This document shows, one piece after another, positions 21,180-31,802 of a DNA stretch of 64,000 nucleotides; the stretch's first letter is position 1, and the number at the start of each line of letters is the position of its first letter. Location: assembly GCA_963817895.1 (NCBI GenBank), contig CAWFQB010000005.1, positions 512,001-576,000 on the forward strand. Reading direction: 5' to 3'. Below the pieces are notes generated by a model. It was not told the DNA's origin. It made no database searches and saw only the letters and a program-made list of their open reading frames with translations. The translations under genes and the position numbers were made by a program. This DNA is from an uncultured Chthonomonadaceae bacterium (GTDB taxonomy: Bacteria > Armatimonadota > Chthonomonadetes > Chthonomonadales > Chthonomonadaceae).

Positions 21180-22769
21180 TCAAAATTTGTAAGCCGCGCT
21201 GCCGTAGATGGTGTCCTGATCGCGGACGGCGTTGCTTCCCGCGCCGAAGAAGTTCTGGTTGGAAGCGTCGTGGCGGTACTCCAGGCGCGAGATCAGATGC
21301 CCGCGCAGCAGAGCGTATTCCAGCGTTACGGTTCCTTCGCGCAGGCGGTTATAGCCCACAGCCCCTGTGCGCAGCCCCCCGCTTGTCCTCGAACTGCTCG
21401 ATGCGTCCGGCAAGCGCCAGTTTCGGGGTGAGCTGATAGCGCGCATATCCACCCAGACCGAGCCATGTGCCGGAAACATGCGTCTGTCCACTGCCCCCGG
21501 CAGTTGTCACCAGGGTATGCCCCGACGCGGTTCCATAGTCCACGATGCCGGAGAGTTTGAGCGCGGGAGTGGCCTGAAAAATGCCCTGCGCCTCATACAC
21601 GTAGGTGTTGATGCCCGCCTTGTTCTTGGGAGCGAGAACGGGGCCATACGCGCCCGTGCCTTCGCTGCCGCCGATGAAGCCGAAGATGCCCGTCAGCGTA
21701 CTGGTAGGTTTCCAGGTAAACTGCGCGATAGCGGTTTTGCCGTCGTTGTCGTCGGCGATGTTGTTCCAGCCGTTCACCCCCGCCGCAGCAGTTGCAGTTT
21801 GGAAGAAAAGGGGACGGTTGCGCGAAAACCCGCATGGTAGAGCGGAATGGCGTACTGGAAGCCGAAACTGCGCGAGTAGTTGTCGTTGCTCGTGCTTTCG
21901 ATGACTTCCAGGCCAAGCGGCGTGACGAAAATGCCGCCGTCAATGGCAATGTCGCGCCCGCCCGCATGAATGGTTTTGGTCAGGTACAACTGCTGCAACG
22001 TTTGCCAACTGCTCGTGCCGCCGGGTTCCGTGGCATGGACCAGACGGGCGGTATCGCCCAGCGTCAGCGTAGCGGTGACACCCAGCGGAAAGCCTTTGCC
22101 TTCGGTGCGGTTGATGTTGAACTCGCCCAGGCTGAATGAGGGTTCGCGGTCATTGATATCGAAGGAGCGTCCCACGTTGTCAATGCCGAAGCGTTCGCCG
22201 TTGGGGAACACTAAGCCGGTATAGGATTTGCCGAAGGGACCTCCACCCGCGGGGCTGTGGGGGGCGCGGGCATTGACGCCGAAGTACACGTCAATGAGGC
22301 CGGAGTACGTCACGGTTCCCGGCGGCGTGGCAGCAGGCGCGGCGGGCGCGGCGGGCGTTTGCGCAGGCTGGCCTTCGGCAGGCTTTTGCGGCGGCGTACT
22401 CGTCTGCGGCGGATTGTTCTGCGCGGGCGCGTCCTGCGCGCGGGCAATCAGGGTGTTGGGAGTGGAGGGAGTTTCTTTTCCCTTTTCCCTTTTCCCTTTT
22501 CCCTCTTCCTTTGTCGGAGCGGGCGCGTCGGATTTTGTCTCCCTGTCTCCCTGTCTCCCTGTCTCCGTATTGGTTTTGGGCGCGTCTTCGGCGCGGGCCA
22601 TTCGCAAACCGCCGGTCAGCAGGGCGCAGGACAACAGCGAGAGAGTCAGCAGCGGGCGCGAATGTTGCAGGCGTCCGGCAGGGCTGGCCGAAGGGGAAAT
22701 AGCGCGACGAGAATTCAAGCGTCGGGAAGCGCGAAAGCGCGGATGGCCTTGCAAGGTACACAGGTTCAC
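21180..22769 (-). CDS. Outer-membrane beta-barrel porin (DUF1597/BBP2-like), copy 1, frameshifted
   Basis: Signal peptide, SGLIDVYF, G.EVIES..N.NYSRS, NGWNNI.D.NDGK, RLEYRHD, terminal YKF. Confidence 0.85.
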
Positions 22770-22927
22770 GTAGGGTTCTCCTCTGAGATGATGAGAGCGG
22801 CTGGATGGCGCCGAAACGCCGAAACTACCTTCGCAGCCAGGGGCGATATATGACAATCTACAAACAGGAAAATAGGGAGGCGTTCGGAAAGGCTTCAGGC
22901 ATGAAGCAGGCCGGAACGAAAAGCGCG

Positions 22928-23051
22928 GACAACGACGCCGTTGTCAAGATAAACTTTGGAATTTAGAGGTGGAGCATGGCGACATCGCCACAGCAGTTTT
23001 CGGCGTCAATGCCGGCAACTGTTTGGTGTGTATGCTGCGGCGTCCTGCCGC
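22928..23051 (-). promoter_or_regulatory. ANTAR-target RNA leader (tandem small hairpins plus an overlapping alternative hairpin)
   Basis: CGGC-AUUGAC-GCCG, 10-nt linker, UGGC-GAUGUC-GCCA; further GAC-AACGGC-GUC nested in GACAACG-GCGU-CGUUGUC. Adjacent to an ANTAR gene. Confidence 0.7.
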
Positions 23052-23240
23052 GAACGGGCGCGATGGGGTAAATACGCCCGATACAAACGAACAGAAACAG
23101 GCTGGTGGCCTGTCTGTCCACGCGCCTCACAGACGGGAATGTGTCTGTGAGCGGGGAGGAAGGGGTAAGGGGTAAGGGATAAGGGATAAGAACATAATCC
23201 CTGTAAACCTGAAACCTTAGAACCCTAACAACTTAACAAC

Positions 23241-23849
23241 CTAACGACTGCGCTGCGCCTGCGGCAGTTCGTCACAGATATTGGATGTGAGCAGGATACA
23301 CTCGGCGATTTCGCGCAGGGGGCGCTCGGTGGATAGCGCCTGCGCGTTCAAGCGGCGGAACGCTTCCTGATCGCTGATATTGTGCCGCTCCATTAAGACC
23401 CGTTTGGCGCGTCCCACAAGCCGTCCGGTTTCGATCTGGTCCTGCGCATCGTCCCGCGAACCTTCCAGCGCGCGCATTTCGCGATACCGGGCAATGGCTA
23501 TTTCTACGGCGGGCTGTATCTCCTGCTGCCGGTAGGGCTTGACGAGGTACGCGAGGACGCCTGCCCGACTCGCCTGCTCGATGAGCGGCGTGTCGCTGTA
23601 GGCAGTCAGCAGAATCACAGGGCCGAGGCGTTCCTGATTGATAGCCTCTGCCGCTTCCAGGCCGTTTTTGCCGGGCATCATCACGTCCAGAATGGTCAGG
23701 TCGGGGCGCAGGCGGCGGGCGAGGACAAGGGCGGCTTCGCCGTTGTCCGCTTCGCCAATCACGACATGCCCCAACGCTTCCAGGATCGCGCGCAGGTCCA
23801 GGCGCAGTACGGCTTCATCGTCCGCAATCAGTATCCGTCCCTGGTGCAT
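23241..23849 (-). CDS. ANTAR-domain response regulator (AmiR/NasT/PdtaR-like)
   Basis: REC domain (ILIADDE, ILDVMMP, YLVKP) plus VGRAKRVLMERHNISDQEAFRRL. Confidence 0.95.
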   Translation of the reverse strand: MHQGRILIADDEAVLRLDLRAILEALGHVVIGEADNGEAALVLARRLRPDLTILDVMMPGKNGLEAAEAINQERLGPVILLTAYSDTPLIEQASRAGVLAYLVKPYRQQEIQPAVEIAIARYREMRALEGSRDDAQDQIETGRLVGRAKRVLMERHNISDQEAFRRLNAQALSTERPLREIAECILLTSNICDELPQAQRSR

Positions 23850-24147
23850 AGTTCGTACGCTTCGGTCTTTCCAGATTTTTCAAACATCAGTAGCAGCATT
23901 GCCAGTGGAGCGAATTATAGCAGATATTCGCGTTCGTGTCAATTGCATGTCTGATTTTCCGTGAAATTGGACGAATTTAACTGTGGAAACGCCAATCTTC
24001 CCCGTAATCGCTGACAAAAACGCGAGGGGTACAGGCGTAATCCAGCACAATTGCGGTATTTTATTATTGGTGAGCGCAGGAGGAATCGGGCGCGGGGAGA
24101 ATATAGTCGCGCGTAGAACACAGTCTGAGAACCAACTGGAGGAGATT

Positions 24148-24921
24148 ATGAGCCTTGCCGATACGCCCGACGCGCCGACAAAAGCGACTGAACCATTTTT
24201 GAAGAGAAACAGGAGGGTTCTGATCGGGTTGCTTGTCAGTGCCGTTGTGATCGTCGGCCTGATGGCGGTGATGCTGTCCTATCATCCACGCTGGCACATG
24301 GTGACAGGAGTGGGGAAGCCGGGAACCTGGGTCAGCAGCGTGGAATGTCCCCAAGACTGGCAGCCGAGCGCACAGGACGCGCGAATGCGCAATATGGGCT
24401 TTACCGGCTTGACGGTCCGCCGTAGGCCGCTCACGGGCGTTTGGGCGTGGCTGAACCGCCTGATGCCACATCCATCGAATAACAAACCAGCGGAACTCCA
24501 CGTCTACGTCATGCCGAGAACACGATCCGCAAGCCGCGGCCAGCCCCTCCCTCCGGTCGGCAGTCATGCCGATCACGTACGCGATGCCGAGGCTACTATC
24601 CACAGTTTTGAGATGGCGTACAAACAGGGAGGATGGCGGATGCGGGGATATAAAATTTTCTGCGAACGGGTTTCGCATCCTCTCGGCCCCGCCATTGCCG
24701 TTTCTATGGAGAACCTGATGGCAGCGCCCGTAAATACGGGGGCAGGCAACAATGCCTTAACAAACGTTTCACGCCACGACTCGCTGTATATTGCGCCGAC
24801 CGAAGCCGGGGATTTCACAGGAATGATCAGCGTTTCGTATTCTGGCGCGCCGGAAGAGGCTGCCGCGCTGAAGCCAATCATGGAGCGCATGATGCGCAGC
24901 ATCCGCGTGGTGAAAAAATGA
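24148..24921 (+). CDS. Membrane-anchored hypothetical protein, tandem paralog A
   Basis: GGAGG RBS before ATG 24148; N-terminal TM; blocks shared with the next gene. Confidence 0.8.
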   Translation: MSLADTPDAPTKATEPFLKRNRRVLIGLLVSAVVIVGLMAVMLSYHPRWHMVTGVGKPGTWVSSVECPQDWQPSAQDARMRNMGFTGLTVRRRPLTGVWAWLNRLMPHPSNNKPAELHVYVMPRTRSASRGQPLPPVGSHADHVRDAEATIHSFEMAYKQGGWRMRGYKIFCERVSHPLGPAIAVSMENLMAAPVNTGAGNNALTNVSRHDSLYIAPTEAGDFTGMISVSYSGAPEEAAALKPIMERMMRSIRVVKK

Positions 24922-25670
24922 CACTTGCCGCCACGCTCGCCACGCCCATTAAAGTGGCAAATCCACGCCAGAAAAAAATTAAGCGCGTACTGACCAGGAT
25001 GTTCGCCTGCGCTGTATTGTCTGGCTGCCTGCTGATTATTATGCTGGCAAGCCGCCCGCCGTGGCATACTGTGACAGGAACCGGCAAGCCGGGTGAATGG
25101 GTCGCGCGCGTGGAATGTCCTGAAGACTGGCAATTGGAAGCGAACCCGAATAGCGGGCGTTATGCAGAGGATACGACCCTGACTGTGCGCCGTAAACCGC
25201 TCACGGGCATGTGGGCATGGTGGAACAAGTTCGTGTTGCATCGCGCGGACAACAGCGCCCCAACAGAATTTCATGTTTGGGTGATGCCTCAAACGCGTTA
25301 TAATGTGCTGAATTATAGCCCTGCGCCGCCTGACGATCATGATGATGTCATCCGCAACGCCAATGCCGTTCTGGACGCCATTCAATCCATTGCGCAGAGT
25401 ATCAGGGCGCAGAGTACCACCTTTCAGCGTCGTTCTTACCCGCTGGGACCGGCGCTCTTTGTTTCGCAGCAACAGGCTGAATGGACAGTGCGCGGAAGTA
25501 ATATTGTAAATGTCACAAATCGTTATGATTCGCTTTATATTGCCCCCACAGAGGCGAAAGATTTCATGGGGCATGTAACGGTGACATGGCTGGCCCCTCC
25601 AGGCGAAGAAGCTGCGCTCAAACCCATCCTGGAGCGCATGACGCGCAGCATCCGTCTGGTGAAGCAATAA
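24918..25670 (+). CDS. Membrane-anchored hypothetical protein, tandem paralog B
   Basis: ATGA overlap; shares WH.VTG.GKPG.WV..VECP.DWQ and DSLYIAPTEA with paralog A. Confidence 0.8.
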   Translation: MTLAATLATPIKVANPRQKKIKRVLTRMFACAVLSGCLLIIMLASRPPWHTVTGTGKPGEWVARVECPEDWQLEANPNSGRYAEDTTLTVRRKPLTGMWAWWNKFVLHRADNSAPTEFHVWVMPQTRYNVLNYSPAPPDDHDDVIRNANAVLDAIQSIAQSIRAQSTTFQRRSYPLGPALFVSQQQAEWTVRGSNIVNVTNRYDSLYIAPTEAKDFMGHVTVTWLAPPGEEAALKPILERMTRSIRLVKQ

Positions 25671-25692
25671 TCGTTTCCGGCAGAAAAGCGGC

Positions 25693-26326
25693 TTAACGCT
25701 TCAGCAGGGCAAAGGCTATGTTGGTTCCTGCGCCATACTTGAGCGCCATCGTGATCCACAGCCAGGCGGCGGCTTCCAGCAGGGGGGATTGCGTCAGCGG
25801 GCCGGAATCTTACGGGATCGAAGCCGAGTTCCGAGGCCAGTTGCGCCCCGATCTTTTTAGCGTCGGCATTATCCCCGCAATAAAACATCGCGGGAAGCTG
25901 CGACGCGAATTTAGAATCCGCCATGATGTTCGCGCCCGCCGTATTGAAAATCTTTACGACATTCGCGCCCGTCGCCCATTGCGCCACCATTTCACCCGCC
26001 GAGGTGGTATGCCCGATTTCCAGCCCGGAAAAGTCCGCTTTGATCGGGTTGGTGCAGTCGAACAGGGTTTTGCCCGCAAGATTGCCCATGCTGTAAACCG
26101 CGTCCTGCGCGGCCTGCCAGGGGACGGCAAGCGCCACCACGTCGCCAAACGCGGCGGCTTCGGCGGGCGTACCCGCCGTTGCCTGCGTTCCCAACTCGGT
26201 CAGCAGCGCGCCGATTTTGCTGGCAGCCGGGTCCGGCACTCCGAACTTCACCTGATGCCCGTTAGCAACCCATCCTTTCCCCAGCGCCCCGCCCACATTT
26301 CCCGCCCCGATGATGCCGATTTTCAT
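25693..26326 (-). CDS. NADPH-dependent F420 reductase-family oxidoreductase (frameshift near 25805)
   Basis: MKIGIIGAGNVGGALG, DCTNP, VVKIFNT, CGDN..AK. Confidence 0.88.
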
Positions 26327-26634
26327 GTTTGCCCTGCCTCCTTTTGTTAAAACCAATCCGTTGTTTTCAGCCATCAGCGCTGCTTCAGGCCGACAGGCAC
26401 AGTATACTAAAACAGAGCGCCAAAAAGCATGTTTTCATGCCACTCGCAACACATTCTTCCCCCTCTTTCAGCCCCGCTCTTTCGGGCAGGCATTTTGAAG
26501 TATGTAGGGCGGGGGCTTGTCCCCCGCCGATGCGGTCTACGTTCCGCCAAAAAGGAAGCGTTTTGAGACAATCGTACTCCCATAACAACAGCCCCACACC
26601 CGTTGGCGATAATGCGCAGGCAAATGCGCGAACA

Positions 26635-28427
26635 ATGCCGTCGGGCAAGCCGGATATCAAGGTGTTTCGCCGCGTGTGGCCGTACCTGCATCCCTATCGC
26701 GCTAAAATCGCGCTTGGCGTGGGCCTGCTGCTCATTTCTACGCCGCTCGGTTCCGCGCATCCGCTGATCTGGAAGTACATCGTGGATGATGTTGTCGGCC
26801 TGCGCCATGTCAATCATTTATGGCCTGCCCTGCTGGCGATGTTCGCCATTCAGGGAACGGCAACCCTGCTGGACGCCATGAAAAGCATCCTGCTGGAACG
26901 GGTCGGGCAAAAGTTCGTGTTCGATCTGCGCAGCGCGGTGTATCAGAAACTACAGTCGCAGTCCCTCGCGTATCTCAGCGACAACCGTACCGGCGATCTG
27001 ATTTCGCGGGCGATGTCGGATGTGGACGTGTTGCAGGAGGTGGCGTTTCAATCCATTGATTCGGTTTTGGGCAACACGCTGAGTTTTCTGGTGGTGGCGG
27101 GCATCCTGATTCATCTCAACGCGAAACTCGGCGTCGTGACGCTGCTGCCAATTGTGGTGGTGTTCTTCCTGACGCGCTTTTTCAATACCCGCGTAAAGGC
27201 TATTTACCGGCAGGCGCGGGATCGGCTGGGCGAAGTGAACGCGCGGTTACAGGAGAATCTGACCGGACTGACGCTCATCAAGGCGTTTGCCAAAGAGCGG
27301 TACGAAACGGAGCGGTTTCAGGGCGTGGCGCGACGGCTATATGCAGACGAATTTTCGCGCCATCTTCGCCCGCAACACGTTCTTTCCCGCCGTGCGCTTC
27401 ATCGGCTTTTTCAGCAACATTCTTTCCGTCGGCTATGGCGCGTGGCTCGTCCTGCACGGGCAGTTTACCGTTGGCGGGTTGGTGGCGTATCGCGGTTACT
27501 GGTGGCAGCTTTTCAGTCCTATCAACAGCCTCGCGACCATCAACGAACTGTTGCAGCGGGCGAACGCGGCGGGAGCGCGCGTGTTTGAACTGCTGGACGC
27601 GCCGGAAAGCGTGACGGACGCGCCGGATGCCACAGACATGCGGCTGCGCCGGGGCAGACAGTTCCGTAGTTTTTCAGCAGGTGTCGATTCGGGTATGGCG
27701 ACAAGCCGATATTGCGGGACGTGTCGTTCCGTGTGGAGCCGGGGCAGATGATCGCGCTTGTCGGGCCGTCCGGCGCGGGCAAAACAACCGTTCTCAACCT
27801 GCTTCCCCGCTTCTGGGACGTGACAGACGGGCGTATTCTGATCGGCGGGCAGGACATACGCGGCGTGACGCAGGAGAGTTTGCGCCGCCATCTGGCAATC
27901 GTTTTGCAGGAGACGTTTCTGTTCAACGGCACGTCGTGGACAACATCCGCTACGGCAGGCCGGACGCGAGCAAGGAAGAGGTGGAAGCCGCCGCCCGCGC
28001 CGCGAATGCCTACGACTTCATACAGGAATTGCCGCAGGGTTATGAAACCGAAATCGGCGAACGAGGCGTCAAACTATCGGGCGGGCAGCGGCAGCGGTTT
28101 AGCATTGCCCGCGCCTTCCTCGCCAACCCGGATATTCTGATTCTGGACGAGCCGACATCCAGCGTGGAACCGGAAAGCGAAGCCATCATCACGCAGGCGT
28201 TGGAGCGGCTCATGCAGGGCCGGACGACGTTCGTCACTTCGCACCGCTTTTCCCTTGTGCGCGGAGCCGACAAAATTCTTGTCTTTGAGGAGGGGCGGCT
28301 GGTGGAAGCAGGAAACCATAGCGAACTGATGGCGCAAAACGGATTGTACGCCGAAATGTACAGCCTGCAAATGGGCCACTCACAATTACAACAGGTACAG
28401 AAGGAAGAACTGGAGGTTATGCGATGA
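26635..28427 (+). CDS. ABC exporter, fused permease/ATPase (MsbA-like), frameshifted
   Basis: TM domain RTGDLISRAMSDV, Walker A GPSGAGKT, LSGGQRQR, ILILDEPTS across three frame breaks; start uncertain. Confidence 0.9.
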
Positions 28428-28963
28428 AGGCAGAAATTGTGGATGTGAAACCTGTGGAGGGTATGGACATTCAAACCGGGCTGCTGCTGGCAATGCTGGA
28501 CGACGCCACGAATTACTGGCGCAAAGAATTGGGCGATGTGTCCGAAGACGCGCTTTGCTGGCAGCCGATTTCCGATGGTCATAGCATCGGCGCGGTTCTG
28601 CTTCACATCGCGGACGTGGAATCCCACTGGCTGTATGCCGTCTCGACAGGGCAACCGCGTTCTGAAGAGGAGGTCAGTCGTCTGCTTTCCAGAGAAACGC
28701 GGCAGTACGCCGTTCAATGGCCTGCCCCGCCGCGCCAACCGCTGTCATGTTACTACGCGCAGCACGACGAAATTCGGGAGCGAACGCGCCGAACTATTCG
28801 CGAACTGAATAACCCGGAACACATCGGGATTCGGCGGGAACAGGGGTTTACCCTGCGCTGGCTGCTGCACCATGTCATCACGCACGAAGCCTACCACAGC
28901 GGGCAGGCCGTGCTGCTGTCCCTGCTCTACGCGAAACAGGAATTAAAGGAACCGCAAAGATGA
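28424..28963 (+). CDS. DinB/DUF664-family protein
   Basis: SIGAVLLHIADVE..W and TLRWLLHHVITHEAYHSGQ. Confidence 0.88.
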   Translation: MKAEIVDVKPVEGMDIQTGLLLAMLDDATNYWRKELGDVSEDALCWQPISDGHSIGAVLLHIADVESHWLYAVSTGQPRSEEEVSRLLSRETRQYAVQWPAPPRQPLSCYYAQHDEIRERTRRTIRELNNPEHIGIRREQGFTLRWLLHHVITHEAYHSGQAVLLSLLYAKQELKEPQR

Positions 28964-29050
28964 GCGCGCCGTTGCGTAAACCGCGAAACACGCGAAATAC
29001 ACGAAAAATTACTCCATTGTCTTTGTTTCCAGATGTGCAGCATCAATGCG

Positions 29051-29746
29051 CTACGCATCACAATCTTGCGCCCACATAACGTAGCACAAAATGCCGTCGC
29101 GCTGGCTGATCTTGACAATTTCGCCTGGCTGAACAGACTTACCGAACAGCCTGCAAAAAGCCGCAAAATCATCAAAATGTTCGTTTGTCGGGCTGAAAGA
29201 GTGTAAGATACAGACGGCTACATTCGCGCGAAAGCGTCTGGCCTCCAAAATGGCGCTTGCCATGCGGTGCAGCAGTTGATAGCGGATGCCATCCGGCACA
29301 GGCTCAGGTAAGCCGAGCAGTTCCATCAAAAACGCCAGACGCGCCCGCTTGCCTTCCGAAGCATTGACAAGCCACTCTGACAGGAGCGGCCCGAACGTTT
29401 CAGAAACCTTGCCTTCTACGACAATGGACGCAAGGCCGAGGGCATGGGACGCCAACACCCATACATCGCTTTGCGAAGCCGCCTGCCCGCCGGGAAGCGC
29501 GACCTGATGTTCCGGCAGAATCAACAGCGGCGCGAGTGAACGCAACGGTTCCTCCGCCCCCGCCAATACAGAGGCGACAGCCGCCGGAAAACTGTCTGCT
29601 TCCTGCCACGCCTGCGCAAGCCGCTTTGCCGAGTACCCGTCCTTCCACTGCTTCTCAGGTTCCGCAAGCAATGGCTTCCAATCCTCAACGCTTTTTGCTG
29701 GAACATACACGCGCTTCAAAGGCTTCTCCTTGCTAAACGTCCTCAA
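29051..29746 (-). CDS. DUF6946-like putative PD-(D/E)xK nuclease-fold protein
   Basis: QWKDGYSAK.LA.AW, PEHQV.LPGG...SQSD, VEGKVSETFG, RYQLLHR. Confidence 0.7.
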   Translation of the reverse strand: MRTFSKEKPLKRVYVPAKSVEDWKPLLAEPEKQWKDGYSAKRLAQAWQEADSFPAAVASVLAGAEEPLRSLAPLLILPEHQVALPGGQAASQSDVWVLASHALGLASIVVEGKVSETFGPLLSEWLVNASEGKRARLAFLMELLGLPEPVPDGIRYQLLHRMASAILEARRFRANVAVCILHSFSPTNEHFDDFAAFCRLFGKSVQPGEIVKISQRDGILCYVMWAQDCDA

Positions 29747-29838
29747 AATAATTTCAGCATCGCCCTTGACATATAGCGGTATCCTGCTATAATGCTACTA
29801 TGAACAGTTTGAGACACTGTGTAAAGGAGGATACAGCC

Positions 29839-30045
29839 ATGTCTGTTGTAGATGTTCCCCCCAAAATTTTGGAGGCAACCAACTCCAATATTCCCCCTGC
29901 CATCAATCCTGAAGAAGCTGACGAGCGGGAGTGGGCATTACAATTTGCAGCCTCCGGCGATTTTCTGATGCAACTTGTCGCTGAAGCGCGCGAAGAGCGG
30001 AGGCAGGGGCTACTTCTCCCGTTAGACACGGTTCTGGATGAGTAA
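29839..30045 (+). CDS. Putative antitoxin
   Basis: Small acidic ORF with AAGGAGG RBS, DEREW..QFA.S...L..L..EA..E motif, directly upstream of the toxin. Confidence 0.75.
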   Translation: MSVVDVPPKILEATNSNIPPAINPEEADEREWALQFAASGDFLMQLVAEAREERRQGLLLPLDTVLDE

Positions 30046-30050
30046 GCCCA

Positions 30051-30311
30051 ATGGAATCGCATACCACGCGCAGGTTTCGTAAACTCTACAAAGACCTTCA
30101 GCCAGATATAAGGAAAGATGCCAAAGACTCCTACAATCTCTGGAAAATAGACCCTTATCATTCCAGTCTTCATTTTAAAGCGCTGGAAGGCCATACGGAT
30201 TTATGGTCTGTCAGAATAGGATTGGGATGGCGGGCAATTGGCGAAAGAATTGGCGATGAGATTACATGGATATGGATTGGCTCCCATGCTGGCTATGATA
30301 AGCGCATATAG
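30051..30311 (+). CDS. ParE/RelE-superfamily toxin
   Basis: TTRRFRKLY..L, DPYHSSLHFKAL, WSVRIGLGWRAIG, W.WIGSHAGYDK. Confidence 0.85.
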   Translation: MESHTTRRFRKLYKDLQPDIRKDAKDSYNLWKIDPYHSSLHFKALEGHTDLWSVRIGLGWRAIGERIGDEITWIWIGSHAGYDKRI

Positions 30312-30350
30312 CACAGGCTGAATGGATCCAGAAGGTACTGATCTGCGATG

Positions 30351-30392
30351 AAACCCCGCTAATTACTTGGTAAGTAATTAGCGGGGTTTTTT
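30351..30392. terminator. Bidirectional intrinsic terminator
   Basis: AAACCCCGCTAATTACTT-GGT-AAGTAATTAGCGGGGTTTTTT between convergent genes. Confidence 0.9.
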
Positions 30393-30401
30393 CTTGAAGT
30401 G

Positions 30402-31802
30402 CTACCCGAACGGCAGGAGCAGTTTGGTTAGCGTGGCGCGAACTTCGTCCGGGGTCGTCATGCCGACCGCCTGCACGATGCCTTTTTTGTTGACCACGAT
30501 GTTGATGGGGACGCCGCGCAACCCCAACCGCGTCATGTACTCGCCCTCCGCATCTATCAGCACGTCGTTATGCAGTTTATGGATGGAGCAGAAATGCTTC
30601 GCCTCGTCCGTCGGCTTCACATGCTCCCACACGTTGATCATGACCACTTCCAGGCCATACGCTTTGGCGCGACGCGCCACCTCTTCTAATAGCGGAGCCT
30701 CCGCATTACAGGGCCCTCACCAACTGGCAAACATGTTGATGATATACGGCTTGCCGTGCCACTCGGCGGACGTGCGTATCTGCCCCGAATTCATATCCGG
30801 CAGGCTGAACGGCGGAACCGGCTGCCCGATAAGCGGATGCTTGACGCTTTTGGGCAACGTCGCGGGCTTGGCCTGCAAATTGTCCCGAAACACGCTGATG
30901 CTGTTGCTGCCCGCATTGGACACGAAGATCGTGCTGGTGGCCTCGTCTACCGCAAGGTCGCCCGGCGCTTCCCCGACGGGAACTCGCGCCCACTCCTTGC
31001 CGCTGGCATAATCAATCACGCTGATGCTGCCCGCGCCCCGATTGGCGGCATAGATGTGCGTTCCGGCTTTGCCGCTCGCCATGCCAACGGGCGCGCGCTC
31101 GACGGAAATCGTATCCACAACCTTTTCTTTGTTCAGGTCTACGACCGAAACCGTGCTGACAAGCGAGTTGGCGATATAGGCGCGGGCGCGAGGCACGTCA
31201 ATGACGATTTTGCACGGCGCGTAATCTACTTTAATCTCCCCGATGGCCTCATTCGTCGTGCCGTCAATAATGGTAATGGACGCATCCCCGAAGTTGACGC
31301 AGTACACTTTGTCGCGGGACGGATCGGGCGCGATGCTTCCCGCCGCCAGTTTCGCCGGAACCACGGCCAGAACTTCCAGCGTGTCCGCGTCAATCACGCT
31401 GACCGTGCTGGCGGCCGTGTTGCCCGTATAGATTTTGCGCTTTTCGGGATACGCGCCGATGCCCGCCGGGTAGGTGCCGACAGGAATCTGCTTGATGAGT
31501 GTCATCTTCTCGGCGTCAATCACGCTGCACAGGTCTTCGCGCGCATCGGACGTGAATACGCGCTTTGTGGGCGGGTCATACGCAAGCCCGATGGGTTCCT
31601 TGCCGACCGCCACTTCGCCAATGGACTTGAGCGTGTCCATGTCGAAAACAGTGACGCTGTTGCTGCGCGGGCAGGCCGCAAAGCCCCGGCGCAGTTCGGG
31701 AACCAGGACAATGCCTTCAGGCCCTAGCCCGACGGTTATTTCGCCAAGCGAAGGGAACGCATCCCCCGTTTGGACGGGTGTAGGTGGAGCGGAACGTGCC
31801 AA
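30402..31802 (-). CDS. YncE/YVTN beta-propeller fused to a TlpA/redoxin domain; probable selenoprotein (UGA at 30719-30717)
   Basis: Propeller repeats, then PPFSLPD...YIINMFASW-TGA-GPCNAEAPLL continuing in frame to LRGVPINIVVNKKG; 466 aa with readthrough. Confidence 0.88.
30687..30708 (-). promoter_or_regulatory. Bacterial SECIS-like hairpin
   Basis: UAAU-GCGGA-GGC-UCCGC-U-AUUA; apical loop begins about 17 nt after the UGA and contains G. Confidence 0.7.

Noticed and set aside
23892..23903. Single GGC-AAUGCU-GCU hairpin upstream of the ANTAR gene (autoregulation)
   Set aside because: Only one weak hairpin with no partner, so it could be chance.
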